From Takakia lepidozioides (lineage: Eukaryota; Plantae; Bryophyta), in contig CM060731.1 of assembly GCA_030704615.1 (NCBI GenBank), positions 46,066,001 to 46,130,000 of the forward strand: DNA of 64,000 nucleotides, read 5' to 3'. The notes below the pieces were generated by a model. The model was given only the letters and a program-made list of their open reading frames with translations. It was not told the DNA's origin and did not search any database. The translations under genes were made by a program, and so were the position numbers. Numbering within the stretch: position 1 is the stretch's first letter; each line of letters starts with the position of its first letter. Shown piece after piece: positions 13,301-25,300 of the stretch.

Positions 13301-16300
13301 TCAAAAAGTAGCTTCGGGAGCACAATGGCATGCAAGATATAGAAGAAGACAGTTTCAGTCAGTAGTTGGGACTGTAAATAAGCCATAACCCCCATCCACT
13401 ACCTCATTACAAGCAGAGCACAACATAAAAGGACCTTCTATGGAAGTAAGGTAACCTCTACATAGATGCTACAGGCCACAGCAGAGGTCATGCTCTGGAG
13501 CAGGCACCGAGAAATAACCAACACGAGCAGTGGTCTTAGGAGAAAAGATATGAAATAAAATAGAGGAAAAGTCTCAGTCTGCAAAAAGGGACACCCCATT
13601 TTAAACCGAGAACCTCTCACTCTCTCTCTCTCTCTCTCTTTCCCGCTCAAACTGGGCGCGGGGTCAATGGCCACAAGGCTACGGCAAACAACGTCTTATG
13701 AGTACAATCTCTCTCTCTATCTGAAAGGTTGCAATGACCAAAAGTGCTTCTAATAGAGTCCCGCATCAATTCAATCTCAAAGAAGTTCGTCCCTTGACTG
13801 GCTGGAGAGCGGTCTTAGACATTGGTGATTCAATGGGGCGCTCTAGGAAGACAACCAAGGGCAACAACTTCAACTTGAGAGTTTCCAATCGGTTTGATGC
13901 TCTGGATGAGGCTGAATCCAAACAGCCAGAAGGACAAGATGCCCCTAAATGTACAGAACCTGAACGTCCTGAATCTGAAGGATTTGGTACTCTGAATGGT
14001 TTACCAATCCTCAAGGTTTACACAAGACGAACAAATTCTATACACGGGGTAATTGTCCCCAAGCCGTCAGATGGACAATCTGTCCCTAAGTGTGCAGAGC
14101 CTGAACGTCGTGTAACTGAAGGATTTGGTACTCTAAATGGTTTACCAATCCTCAAAGTCTACACAAGACGAGCAAAATCTATACACGGGGTAATTGTCCC
14201 CAAGCAGTCTGACGGACAATCTGCCCCTATGTGTGTGGAGCCTGTGCGTCGTGTAACTGAAAGATTTGGTACCCTGAATGGTTTACCAATCCTCAAAGTT
14301 TACACAAGACGAGCAAAATCTACACATGGGGTAACTGTCCCCCCTTTGCAGAACGGTTGGCCGTCCAGGAGCAATCACAAGCTACCTAGACGACAAACAA
14401 TTCATATGCAAAGGGCTGGCTTGCGGCTGGCCACTTTCAACTTCTCAGGGTTGACCAACCAAAGGAAACAACTCGAAGTGGGACAAGTTCTTCGGACTAA
14501 TGATATTCATATCTGTGCTGGGCAAGAAACATGGGAAACGTCGGATAAACTGGTTGGAGATGTCAATGGTTATAAATGGGCAGGTAAGATGTGTACTCTC
14601 AAGGCAGCCTCTGCCAAACGCGGTCAAAACGGGGTTGGATTCTTTGTCCGTGATTTCTTGTTTGACAATTGTGAAATTATCAACAAGGGTTTGAGGTACG
14701 AGCATAGTATCTGGCTAAAACTGAATCTGAAGGGCGGCATGAGTACAAAGGACCTCTTTGTTGGTTGTGTTTACATGCCCACAGAGGGGACCCTTAGTGC
14801 TGACGCAGACAAGGCCTTCGAAGATGTAAAGCTGGACTGTGCTTCGTTCCTTGCCAAAGGTCAGGTGGTACTATTGGGGGACTTCAATGCCCGGGTGGGC
14901 AAAGAGATCCATCAGGACGATATCATTGGACCTTTTGGTGAGGACGAGCTGAATTCTAATGGCAGACGGTTAATTAACTGTCTAGAAGAGCTTCAGCTTT
15001 TGACCTTGAATAACAGGACAAGAGGTGACCAAGTGCAGTGGACTCGTGAGAAATCCCAAACTGGGGAACGTTCCATTGTGGACTATATCATAATGGACAA
15101 AATTTTGTTCCCCCAGTGTGCCAATGTGTTGATCGACAGAACTGATATTGGTACCTCTGACCACTTCCTGGTTTGGACTGAGATCAAAAGGTGTTTTCCC
15201 ACCACCAAGAGATCTGTGAAACGTTCGATTTGGAAGTGGCGCATAGAAAAATTCCACAATGAGGAGGTCAAGGCTGAGTACGTCCAGGCCTTGCAAGAGG
15301 CTCTCCCTCATTTTGTCCAATCGCTCCAAGAACTTCAGTCACGCTCTGTTAACGCAAGAAATGAAGTCGAAAGAGCAGTGGACTCTTGGGAGAGTTTCGT
15401 TTCAAGATCATTGGGAGGAAACTAATTGTCTGCGGTAGAGCAGTTAATTGGTGGACCAATGACATTAAACTCAAGATAGCTGAGAGACGAGCCCTCTATA
15501 AAGAGTGCTGCAATTTGGAAACCAACAGAGAATTGTGGGCGAGGTACTACCAGCTCCGTAAAGATATCAATCAGCTTGTTAGGTCTCAGAAGAAATTATA
15601 CTGGGACAAGTTATACAGTGAAATAAACTCAAACCACCATGGTGGTAATGACAAGAAATTCTGGTTGGCCCTTCAACGTTTGTACAAGCCGAAAAACGGT
15701 CAGCAAGTACAAGCGCTGAAGACTACTAAAGGTGCAGTGGTGACTTCATCGGTTGACATTGTCAAAACCTTTGAAACTCACTACAGTATCCTTGGCAGAA
15801 CTTCTAGGTCTAACAGTGAGGGGTCTTCTGCTGAATGGAGGGACACAGTTGGAAAAACAGTTCCTATGATTCAAAACAGCCCTGATGAACTGGAGTATAT
15901 TTCAATGGCTTATAATGCTCCCATTAGTTCTTCTGAGATTGTGGAAGCAATTGAACATTTAAATGGATATAAAGCTGGTGGACCTGATGGTATTGTCAAC
16001 GAGCTTATCAAGCACGGTGGCGATCCCATGATAGAGGCCCTAGTTCTCCTCTTTAACCTTATCTGGAAGACTGAAATGATCCCCTTTCGCTGGCGACAGG
16101 GGGTCATTGTCAATCTATACAAGAAGGGTGACAGAGAAGAACCGGGGAACTACCGTGGCATCACGCTCCTCAATGCTGTTGGCAAGACAATCTGCAGAGT
16201 TATAAGTACTCGTCTCGAGGTTGATCTGGAGTCTAGAGGTTGTTTCCACGAAGGCCAAGCTGGCTTTCGGCGAACAGGGGCTGTGTGGATCATATCTTCA

Positions 16301-19300
16301 CTCTAAGCCAGATTATCCAGGGAAGGAAAAAAGAAGGGAAACCCACTTATGTTTTTTTCCTGGATGTCAAAAAGGCTCATGACACACTGTGGAGAGATGG
16401 CCTATGGTTCCGCCTCTGGTCTTGTGGAATCAAGGGAAAGATGTGGAGAGTTGTCCACAACTTGTATGCTCACACCAAAAGCTGTGTCACTGTTAACGGA
16501 CAGAAGTCCAACTTCTTTGACATAGACCAAGGTGTAGCTCAAGGATGTACTCTCTCCCCTCTGCTCTTCAATGTTTTCATCAATCAACTCCGCGAGGATG
16601 TGGAAAGTGAGGGATTTGGGTTAAGGGTGGGTGATACCACCATACCAGCCCTTATGTTTGCGGATGACTTCGCAGGCATAGGGGAGACTCCAACCAATCT
16701 CCAGGAGTTGATTGATTGCGCGAAGAGATACTTTGATCTTTGGGGCTAGAGGCTAATGTCAGCAAAGGGCAGTGGTAGCATTCAACGACAGAGGAGAGGG
16801 AGGAAGTGATCTTAAGTGGCAGTGGGGTAGCCAAGAGATCCCGGTCCTCCCTTCCTACACTTACCTGGGCGTTGAGTTTTCCTCCAATTGTAATTGGGAT
16901 GCACATATCCGGAAAGTTGTTCAAACTGGCAAGGGCAAAGCTCTGGGGCTCACTAAATTTTTCCACTGCAGAGGGGTCAACTCTGAGGTTAAGAAAACCA
17001 TTCTTTGTCGCGTTATTAGACCTGCCTTGGAGTACGGATCTGCTATATGGGTTGATAACTCCAACCAGGCTAAGTCTCTAGAATCCATTCAAGTGGGGGT
17101 GCTTAAGGAGTGTATGTCAGCATGCTCCAAAACAGCCAATGTGGCTGTTCGGGGTGAGTTTGGCATTCCGTCCTTAAGCTCCCGACGAGATGAATTCAAG
17201 GTCAGATGGTGGGGTCAGCTGCAACATATGCCCAACGCCTGGTTGGAGTTATCAACCCATACAGCAGATGCATACTCCAAGGCCAGCCTGATAATGCGGC
17301 AGATATCCTAAGTTAATCGACTTTATATCTTGGAAACAGGACCGCCCTGTCAAACAGGCTAAGTCCTGGCAGAAGAGAGTAGAAGAGATTCTCAAGGACC
17401 TGGACCTGGATCCGCAAGCCTTGACCCTGCTGGATAAATCTGACTCAGAGGCTGTAGTGTCCTCAGCCATGTCTGTTGCCATGAGATTGTCTGATGAAAA
17501 TGAAGTTAGGCAGAAAACTTCCCTGAACTTGTTTCCAGTCAGTGACATGGGGGAGGACATCTTGGATGACCTCAAGGGTCTACCCACTCTCGGCACTAGA
17601 CTGAAATTTAAACTCAGGGCTGGAAGCCTACCTTTGAACAGCAAACAGAAGCAGAGAGGAAAGGGAGAGTGCAATTGCCCGCTGTGTGGGCAATCTGAAG
17701 ACAGTATTCACTTTCCGATACACTGTCCGGGGTTCTCTCACCAAAGAGACGCTCTCTTCAAATCTATCAAGGGAATTGTGCCTGTACCCCTGTTTAACAA
17801 CTTTGAAAGTCTTGAGGCTGAGCCAAAAGCCCAGGCCCTCCTGAGGCCTAGTTTTTGGGCAAATCACACACAGCAGATTGATGCTTGTGTGAAGGGATTT
17901 CTAGAGGATATCTGGAAAACCCGGATTAATTCTATATATGATGGTAAGTCACACTACCAACGTCAGCCCCTGACAGAGGTAGGTTCTGTCCCTTTTGTTC
18001 CCGCTCAAACTGGGCGCGGGGTCAATGGCCACAAGGCTACGGCAAACAACGTCTTATGAGTACAATCTCTCCTCTAAAGAGATACTTTGATGTTTGGGGG
18101 CTAGAGGCCAATGTCAGTAAATGCGCAGTGGTGGCATTCAACGACCGGGGGGAAGGAGGAGGCGATCTCAAGTGGCAGTGGGAAGCCAAGAGATCCCTGT
18201 TCTCCCCTCCTACACCTATCTTGGCGTTGAGTTTTCCTCCAACTGTAATTGGGAAGCACATATTCAAAGAGTGGTTCAATCTGGCAAACGCAAAGCACTG
18301 GGTCTCACTAAATTTTTCCACTGCAGAGGATCAACTCTGAAGTAAAAAAAACCATCTTGAATCCATCCAAGTCGGGGTGCTCAAGGAGTGCATGTCAGCA
18401 TGCTTCAAAACAGCTAATGTGGCTGTTCGGGGTGGGTTTGGCATTCGTCCCTTAAGCTCCCGACGTGATGAATTCAAAATCAGATGGTGGGGTCAGCTGC
18501 AACATATGGATAATACCAGATATCCTAAGTTAATCGACTCTATATCTTGGAAGCAGGACCACCCTGTCAAACAGGCTAAATCCTGGCGGAAAAGGGTAGA
18601 AGAGATTTTCAAGGATCTGAATCTTAGTCCACTAGCCATGACCCTGCTGGATAAATCTGGCTTAGAAGCTGAAGTTTCCGAAGCCATGTCTATTGCCAGG
18701 AAATTGTCTGAAGAAAATGAAGTTAGGCAGAAAACTTCCCTCAACCTGTTTCCAGTCTGTGACATGGGTGAGGCCATCATGGATGACCTCAAGGGTCTAC
18801 CCACCCTCGGCACTAGACTGAAATTCAAACTCAGGGCGGGTAGCCTACCTTTGAACAACAAACAGTCGCAGAGAGGAAAGGGGGATTGTAAGTGCCCGTT
18901 GTGTGGGCAACCTGAAGACAATATTCACTTCCTGATTCATTGTCCTGGGTACTCTTACCAACGAGACACCCTCTTCCATTCCATCAAGGAAATTGTGCCT
19001 GTACCTCTGTTAACAACTTTGAAAATCTTGAGGCTGAGCCAAAAGCCCAGGCCCTTTTGGGGTCTAGCTATTGGGCAAATCACACACATCAGATTGATGC
19101 TTGTGTGAAGGGATTTCTGGAGGATATATGGAAATCTCAGATCAACGGTTTATTCCAAGGTAAATCATACTACCGGCGTCAGCCCCTGAAATGAAATGAA
19201 ACGGTGCTTTATAACGTCCGCGGAAAGCTCGTAGAGCTTATGGGACAAAATGGAAGAAAACATGAGAGAGGAACAAATCCAGAAACCACAATTAATGTTC

Positions 19301-22300
19301 TAGCGATTGTCTTTCAGTCAACACCATAAAACAACGGCAAACATACTCATTCTGTCTGTCTGTCTGTCTAGCAGCTTCTCTGCTTGTGGCACGTCATGCA
19401 TGTGGCCCACTGTCTAGATAGGGACAAAGACCCCAAGAGGACAAGAGGAGCACCACAGCGAAAAACCAAAACATCGTACTAAGTTTGTTCATGCTCAAAA
19501 GAAGGAAGAGGCTTGACGATGTCTCAACCTGGCCCAGGTCTGAACCTGGGTATAATGGCTGACTCTTACAGACAGATTTGCCTGGTACGACATAAAATGG
19601 TAGTCAGATAATGAATTGTTGGTGACAGAGGATACCCACTCCTCAAGTGGCTTATCACTCCATTTAAGCAAAACATTCAGTAAGTCCATTCGTTCATTCA
19701 TAACTTCACATCAAAAAACAAAATCCAGAACTAAAATCCAGAGGGAGGTGGCGGCGGGCTGACCATGCTGCCCGCCTTTACTGGGAGGTGGGAGTTCGGA
19801 GGGTTTAAGAACACTCTTCCCTCGCCGCCATGGGAAAACGCACGATAGCAGCCCCATCCGCTTCTCGTCTGCAGGGTTCGTCATACTGACGGCTCCAGGA
19901 AGGTCTGCTGGCCCTACTTGAGAGCAACATCAAAGCCCCAACGGTCAAATGATGTAGTCAGGTTACATTCAATTGACCCCTGGCACTACACAATCTACTT
20001 CTACAGTGAGCTTGGATGCTCCGTCTATCTTGCTGTAGTGCTACTTTTTGGAGGGTTAGGGTATGGCTGGATTGAGGTGGCACCTCCATTTCTAGTGAAT
20101 GACATCAAAACTTGTGTTGTGCTACTTTCGACTTAAATCAACATCCTCTACACATTGGATGAGAACAGAATAATTATGCAGGACTCAATGGCTCAATGAT
20201 TCCACATGCATGGGACACTAAAAGACAACTGCACTGAAAAACTGCGTGCTCACTGCCTATTGCAAGGCCTTTGGAGCCAGATCATACTGAGGGCTGGTTT
20301 TTGACCAACAGTGATGGGATTGGAAGGCTCACATGAGCAAATCTAGCTCACATGGTTGACAGGGGTTATTGCCACAATGATTTATATCACTCCTATCATG
20401 GCGGGTGCAAAACAGATACAAATTCCACTGATACTTCTCTTCCCTCTTGAGACTCTTCTCCCTCCACTTCCTTTGATCTGTCTGTTTCTTTCTCTCTGAT
20501 TGTCCTCCCTCAGACTCTAAGTTGAAGTAAAGAGGAAATAGAATGTCAAATTGTACAAGATAATCAGATATGTTTTCTGTAAGAACAGTGTGCACCTTTA
20601 GAGGAACAATCTCATCTTTGTTTTTCACACAACTTATGCAGGTATGAGCCACTTTTTGCGCAGACAATGAGCCATGTAAGAAGCGACAGAAGTAGAGACT
20701 TACGAGCCTTGAGAGGAGTACTGTTGGGATCAGGCCGGGGATCAAAGGTGGCCTGAAAGATCGCAAATCCTTTATCTATCTGAACTTCTGCCTTCTTGTC
20801 CTCAAGTGTTTGTGTCCCAGTTTCTGCGGTCTTGGAGTTGTCCTACAACATAAGGAGGGGTTCAAATTGGTGAACAGCCTCCAATTAGCTCTTACCCATG
20901 AAACAATGTAGCTCCTTTACCTTTGCTCGCAGTAATAAAAGTGCCTTAAGTTGACAATGGTCCTCCAAATATACAAGGAAGAGGCGGCCCTCCTCATTTC
21001 ACCTATTAGTTTTTGGCTTGGCAAAGGTCTTGCCTATGTTGTTAGTCAAGGTTTTGGTTTTATGAATTTTGTTTCTGGGCATTTGGATGTCCTTTGCAAA
21101 GGAAAAAGGACAGCACCAGCAAAAGGAAGAAAGGAGAGGAAAAGGAGCAGATTATGGCCTCAATGGACTCCGCTCCTTGTAGCCTTATTATGGCTGTACA
21201 CCCCATGTCTGCCTAGGATGGAACAGAAAAGTGGGGAAGTGGGGGGAAAGGGGGTGAAAGGGGGGTGAGAGGAGAGCAGACTGATGCTCTCCACCATTGT
21301 TTGAAAGTTCACTCCATCAGTTGAAGCGAAGTTGACTCTAGCTTGCCAGAGAGGGAGAGATAGAAGGAAGGAGAATAAATATTTGTTACGTCCATTGGAA
21401 GCGCAACTGGCATAAAGGGATTAGTTCCCCAGTTCCCACCATCACAAACTTGTTATTCCCTTAAGAGTTAGATCGTGTGAATGCCTGGATGCCTAGGCTC
21501 TTCCTGGTAGTTTCCATATAAACAGAAATGTTTGATAGAACTACCATACACAGATTGCACAGACAGGGATACAACAACCAAACCTCAAACAATTTCCACT
21601 GTTTACCATGGTGTGGAAAAATTTGAGATGGTTGGCTTCCTGCCTTTTATGGCCTAATGAATCACTTCTGATACCTTGGTTTCAAAAACATCCCTGACCT
21701 CCCCAAGTAGATTGCTTCTATGCTAAAAGTGAATTTGAATTGTAGGCTCTCCTTGATGTATGGGTGTAACTTGAATGTTGTGACAGAACAAACAGACGTA
21801 AGAGACAGCAAGTCCTTTCTTTGATGAGAGAAAGGGCCTCCCTCTCTCACTTGTGAGACAGCAAGAAAGGTTGCAGACATGTCTCATTTATGAATTGTCA
21901 ATCATAAGAACCATAAACATGGGTGGAGAAAAATCACCTCATAGACTGCCTCTGCTTGCATGGCTGCCTCAGCTGTCAATGCATGGTTTACATGTTCCTC
22001 CATTCTTTTCAAGACACTGGATACGTTTACATACGACACAAAACTGTAGTTCAGTACTGCACTGAATTTTTGTCCTCTAATTGTGCTTGACCGATTGAAT
22101 CCGTCAAACAGAAGTTTGAAGGTTTCTGTTCAATAAGCAGTGTTGGCAGTTGAGAGATGAGAAAGCTAGTTCTAATGATGCTGATAAAGAGGAATGATGA
22201 TCATGCCGGCCAAAGCTTAGTGTAAACAAGTGTCGGCATCCCATTTGGCATCTCTAGTGTTGATGAGAGTCGTCATCATAATCATCTTCATCATGAAGAG

Positions 22301-25300
22301 TGTTGATAAGAGTTATCAACATAACTATAACTAATATTAGTTGTAGTAATAACTCAAGTTGTTCGTTAACTCTCGACTAACAAGTACCTCTTATTGTCAA
22401 TGGGGAGAGGCCATTTCCCTTCAAGATCCAAAATGCAGGCAGTGGGTGTACTCTTGCTGCATCTCTGAATTGGAAACTGACCTTTTATTTTCTGAAAGAG
22501 GAACCACTTTCTGAGAGAAACCAACAAAAGCAGACGCCGGCAATCAATCAAATCCCAAAATACAGTGGAAGTCAGCTGCCAAAGAAGCTGGCATGATTCA
22601 ACCCTCACACAGAACAAACTGTCACGAGTCCAAGCCTTGTGGAAGTCATCCAGCAAGGCACCCTGACCATTGAATCTACAATTCTCAGCAGGAAGGTTGA
22701 TGGGAGTGCTGGAATAGTTAAGAGTCTGCCCTGACATGGCCCCGAGCCTTTCTTTACCTCAGGGTGCAAAAGGAATCATTCCAAGCAAGGCAACAGGCTG
22801 TTTTCAGGGAATTGGATGGGACATGATCTGAGGAATATGCAGATCTATGTTCTGGAACAACCTACAAGTGCACTTGACTATCAGATACAGAAGCTTTTAG
22901 ACAGGAAATGTGCTGCCATTAAAAGGTTTTTTTTGGCCTCAAACAGCCCACGGAAAGGAGCAGATTCTGTGCACACCTGACTGAAGTCTCATGCTTGCTA
23001 CTGTGCCCTTTGTCTGGCAACTCCTCATCAGTTTCCCTCAGCTTCCCTATCTCCATCTGCTTATCCACAACACCCCCAGCCCCAACGGAAAAGACTACAA
23101 TGAGGCCAGTGCTAGCAGATGTGACGCCAACACAGCCACCATAAAGAACTTGTAAGATAGCTCTATTAGACAGTGATGCAGCCTGGGATTACCACTTCTG
23201 TTAGTACCCAGCAACAATGCAATGATGACTAGCAAGTTTTGACAACCGGGGGCAGGCCAGGTTTTACTGCTGGTGACCCACCACTTCATACATCCATATA
23301 CCTCATAAAACCGTTACCATAATGAAGGTAGTCACTAACATGTTCATGAAGATCTAAATTCTACATCATTTGAATAGTTAGGATTAACCAGAAACACTCA
23401 AGATGTCCCGGTGTCCAATGTGATATCACACAAACTTTTCAGGAACCTTTATGTCCATCCACTCACCGAGCATTCCTGCTGTTTGAATGCACCTACTGGT
23501 CGAAGGCATTAGCCTAATTTGAAACTAGCAGCTTCAGCATGGCCCCGAGTAACCACAAAACTTGCAGATCTCCCCCTAAACCGGCATGCCGAAAAGACAA
23601 GCCAGATATCATGCTCAAAGGAGGACTGGCCTTGCAAAGTTTTGCAGCATCGTAGTCCTCAACATCCACTGCTGCACGCTTTTGGAGCTCCAGTTGCTTG
23701 ATCTGCTCTCCAAGCACCTTCAATCTCTCAATCATCATCTGCCAATCATTTCATCATTAGAGACAGCGAGAGTCTTGAAGGTCCAAATCTTGAGGCCTTT
23801 CAATAAGATATACTCATTGGCCAGACACTTCACCTCGTTGAGCATGAAACCATGCAGGCTCTACCATTTTCACCGCTACCGAGAAGCACAAGAGATAATC
23901 ATAATATTTTAGGAGGATTTCATGCCAACCTCATGTCAGCAGCCATTTTGGACTAAGTGCAGCAAACTACAGAGTACGAAAGGGAAAATGTGCATGTGTG
24001 ATAGCATGGGCGCTGAAATAAAATGTTGCTTGCCCAAAAAGACGAGACAAGCAATCTGAGGCCTTTCGGCACAGATGAAAACATATACCTTGAGACGCTT
24101 GGCCTCATCATAGTCTTCGTCTTTCACTGCAGCATTCTTCTCTTGTTGCAACTGCCACAACCATGATAGAGACTAAAATTTCAAAACCATCAAAACCTGA
24201 GATGCTCACCAGGAAACAACCATTCTACTGAAAGTTCGGTCATTGGACAGGCAACTTCCTAGCCTTTTCCACTATCCACCTGAGGAAGCTCTGCCATGTT
24301 AATCTTGTTTCAGAACTTGAGTTTGTACTGGGGAATTCTGACAGGCTGTCCCTCTCTTTGGAAGGCAAGCAAGGCTAATTGATCCTCTCTAATCCTGTTT
24401 GTTGTATCAAGGTAAGTTATACTACCGGAGTCAGACCTCACAAAGGTAGTTTCTGGTCCCTTTTGTTCCGCGCAAACTGGGCATGGGGTCTACGGCCACA
24501 AGGCTACGGCAAGCAAAGTCTTATGAGTACATCTAATCCTGTTTGACTAGGGCCACCAGGCTACGGCAAACAAAGTCTTATGAGTACATTCTAATCCTGT
24601 TTGGGAGGCTACGGCAAACAACATCTTATGAGTACACTCTAATCCTGTGGGGCTTCATTGGCATGACAAGGGAGATGCATAGAGTTTTCAGCTGGAAACA
24701 GAATTGTCCTCACCACTTAACTTTAAGAAGATATTGGACCCCTTCCCAAAGCCTACAGAAATGTGAAAATGCAAGACTTGGTCCCAGGAGTCTGGATGGA
24801 AAAGGCAGGCAGAGATCAGATCTGATTGCTGCTTGTTATGAGCTTAAGACGTCTGCAAGCACATACCATGCAGTTGATGTACTCAGCTCTTCTATCTTGA
24901 TTAGAGGCTCCATGAAGCACTGGCTAATCTATTAATGCACTCTTCATTGACTCCAAAAACAGATGTTCAGCTCAGTAAAGGACGCCTACGATGGAGGAGT
25001 TCATGTTTCTTAGCATGGTTCAAGATGGACACTTGGGTGGGGAAAGCTTGAAGGAGTGGGGAGCATTTTTGGACATACGCGGTGAATACGGTTCGCAGTG
25101 AAGGAATCGACAGCTGTCAGATTGGCATCTACATGCCTAGGGCTTAAAACCTGGGTCCTCGTATCCATCGCCTCAGGACTTGATACCTGTTTCCTGGACC
25201 CACATAGCTGTTGCTCATTACTAACCATTTGTCGGTTTATTTCCAGAAGTGCAATGTTACCCAAACTCTCCTTCAACAACAAATGAGGCATTTGCCTGCT

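Noticed and set aside
13640-18070. LTRs or Penelope-like pseudo-LTRs flanking the long element
   Set aside because: The element encodes APE plus a non-LTR RT with no GIY-YIG or integrase. The 70-bp repeat is the element's own 3' end and occurs alone elsewhere.
19741-19917. GC-rich hairpin-forming segment with a TAAACCCT template-like motif and a downstream T-run on the minus strand (telomerase RNA or ribozyme?)
   Set aside because: No USE/TATA Pol III promoter is visible and I could not build a convincing pseudoknot. The segment has AG and GTGCGT splice signals and reads ASRPSWSRQYDEP, so a CEP104 exon is at least as likely.
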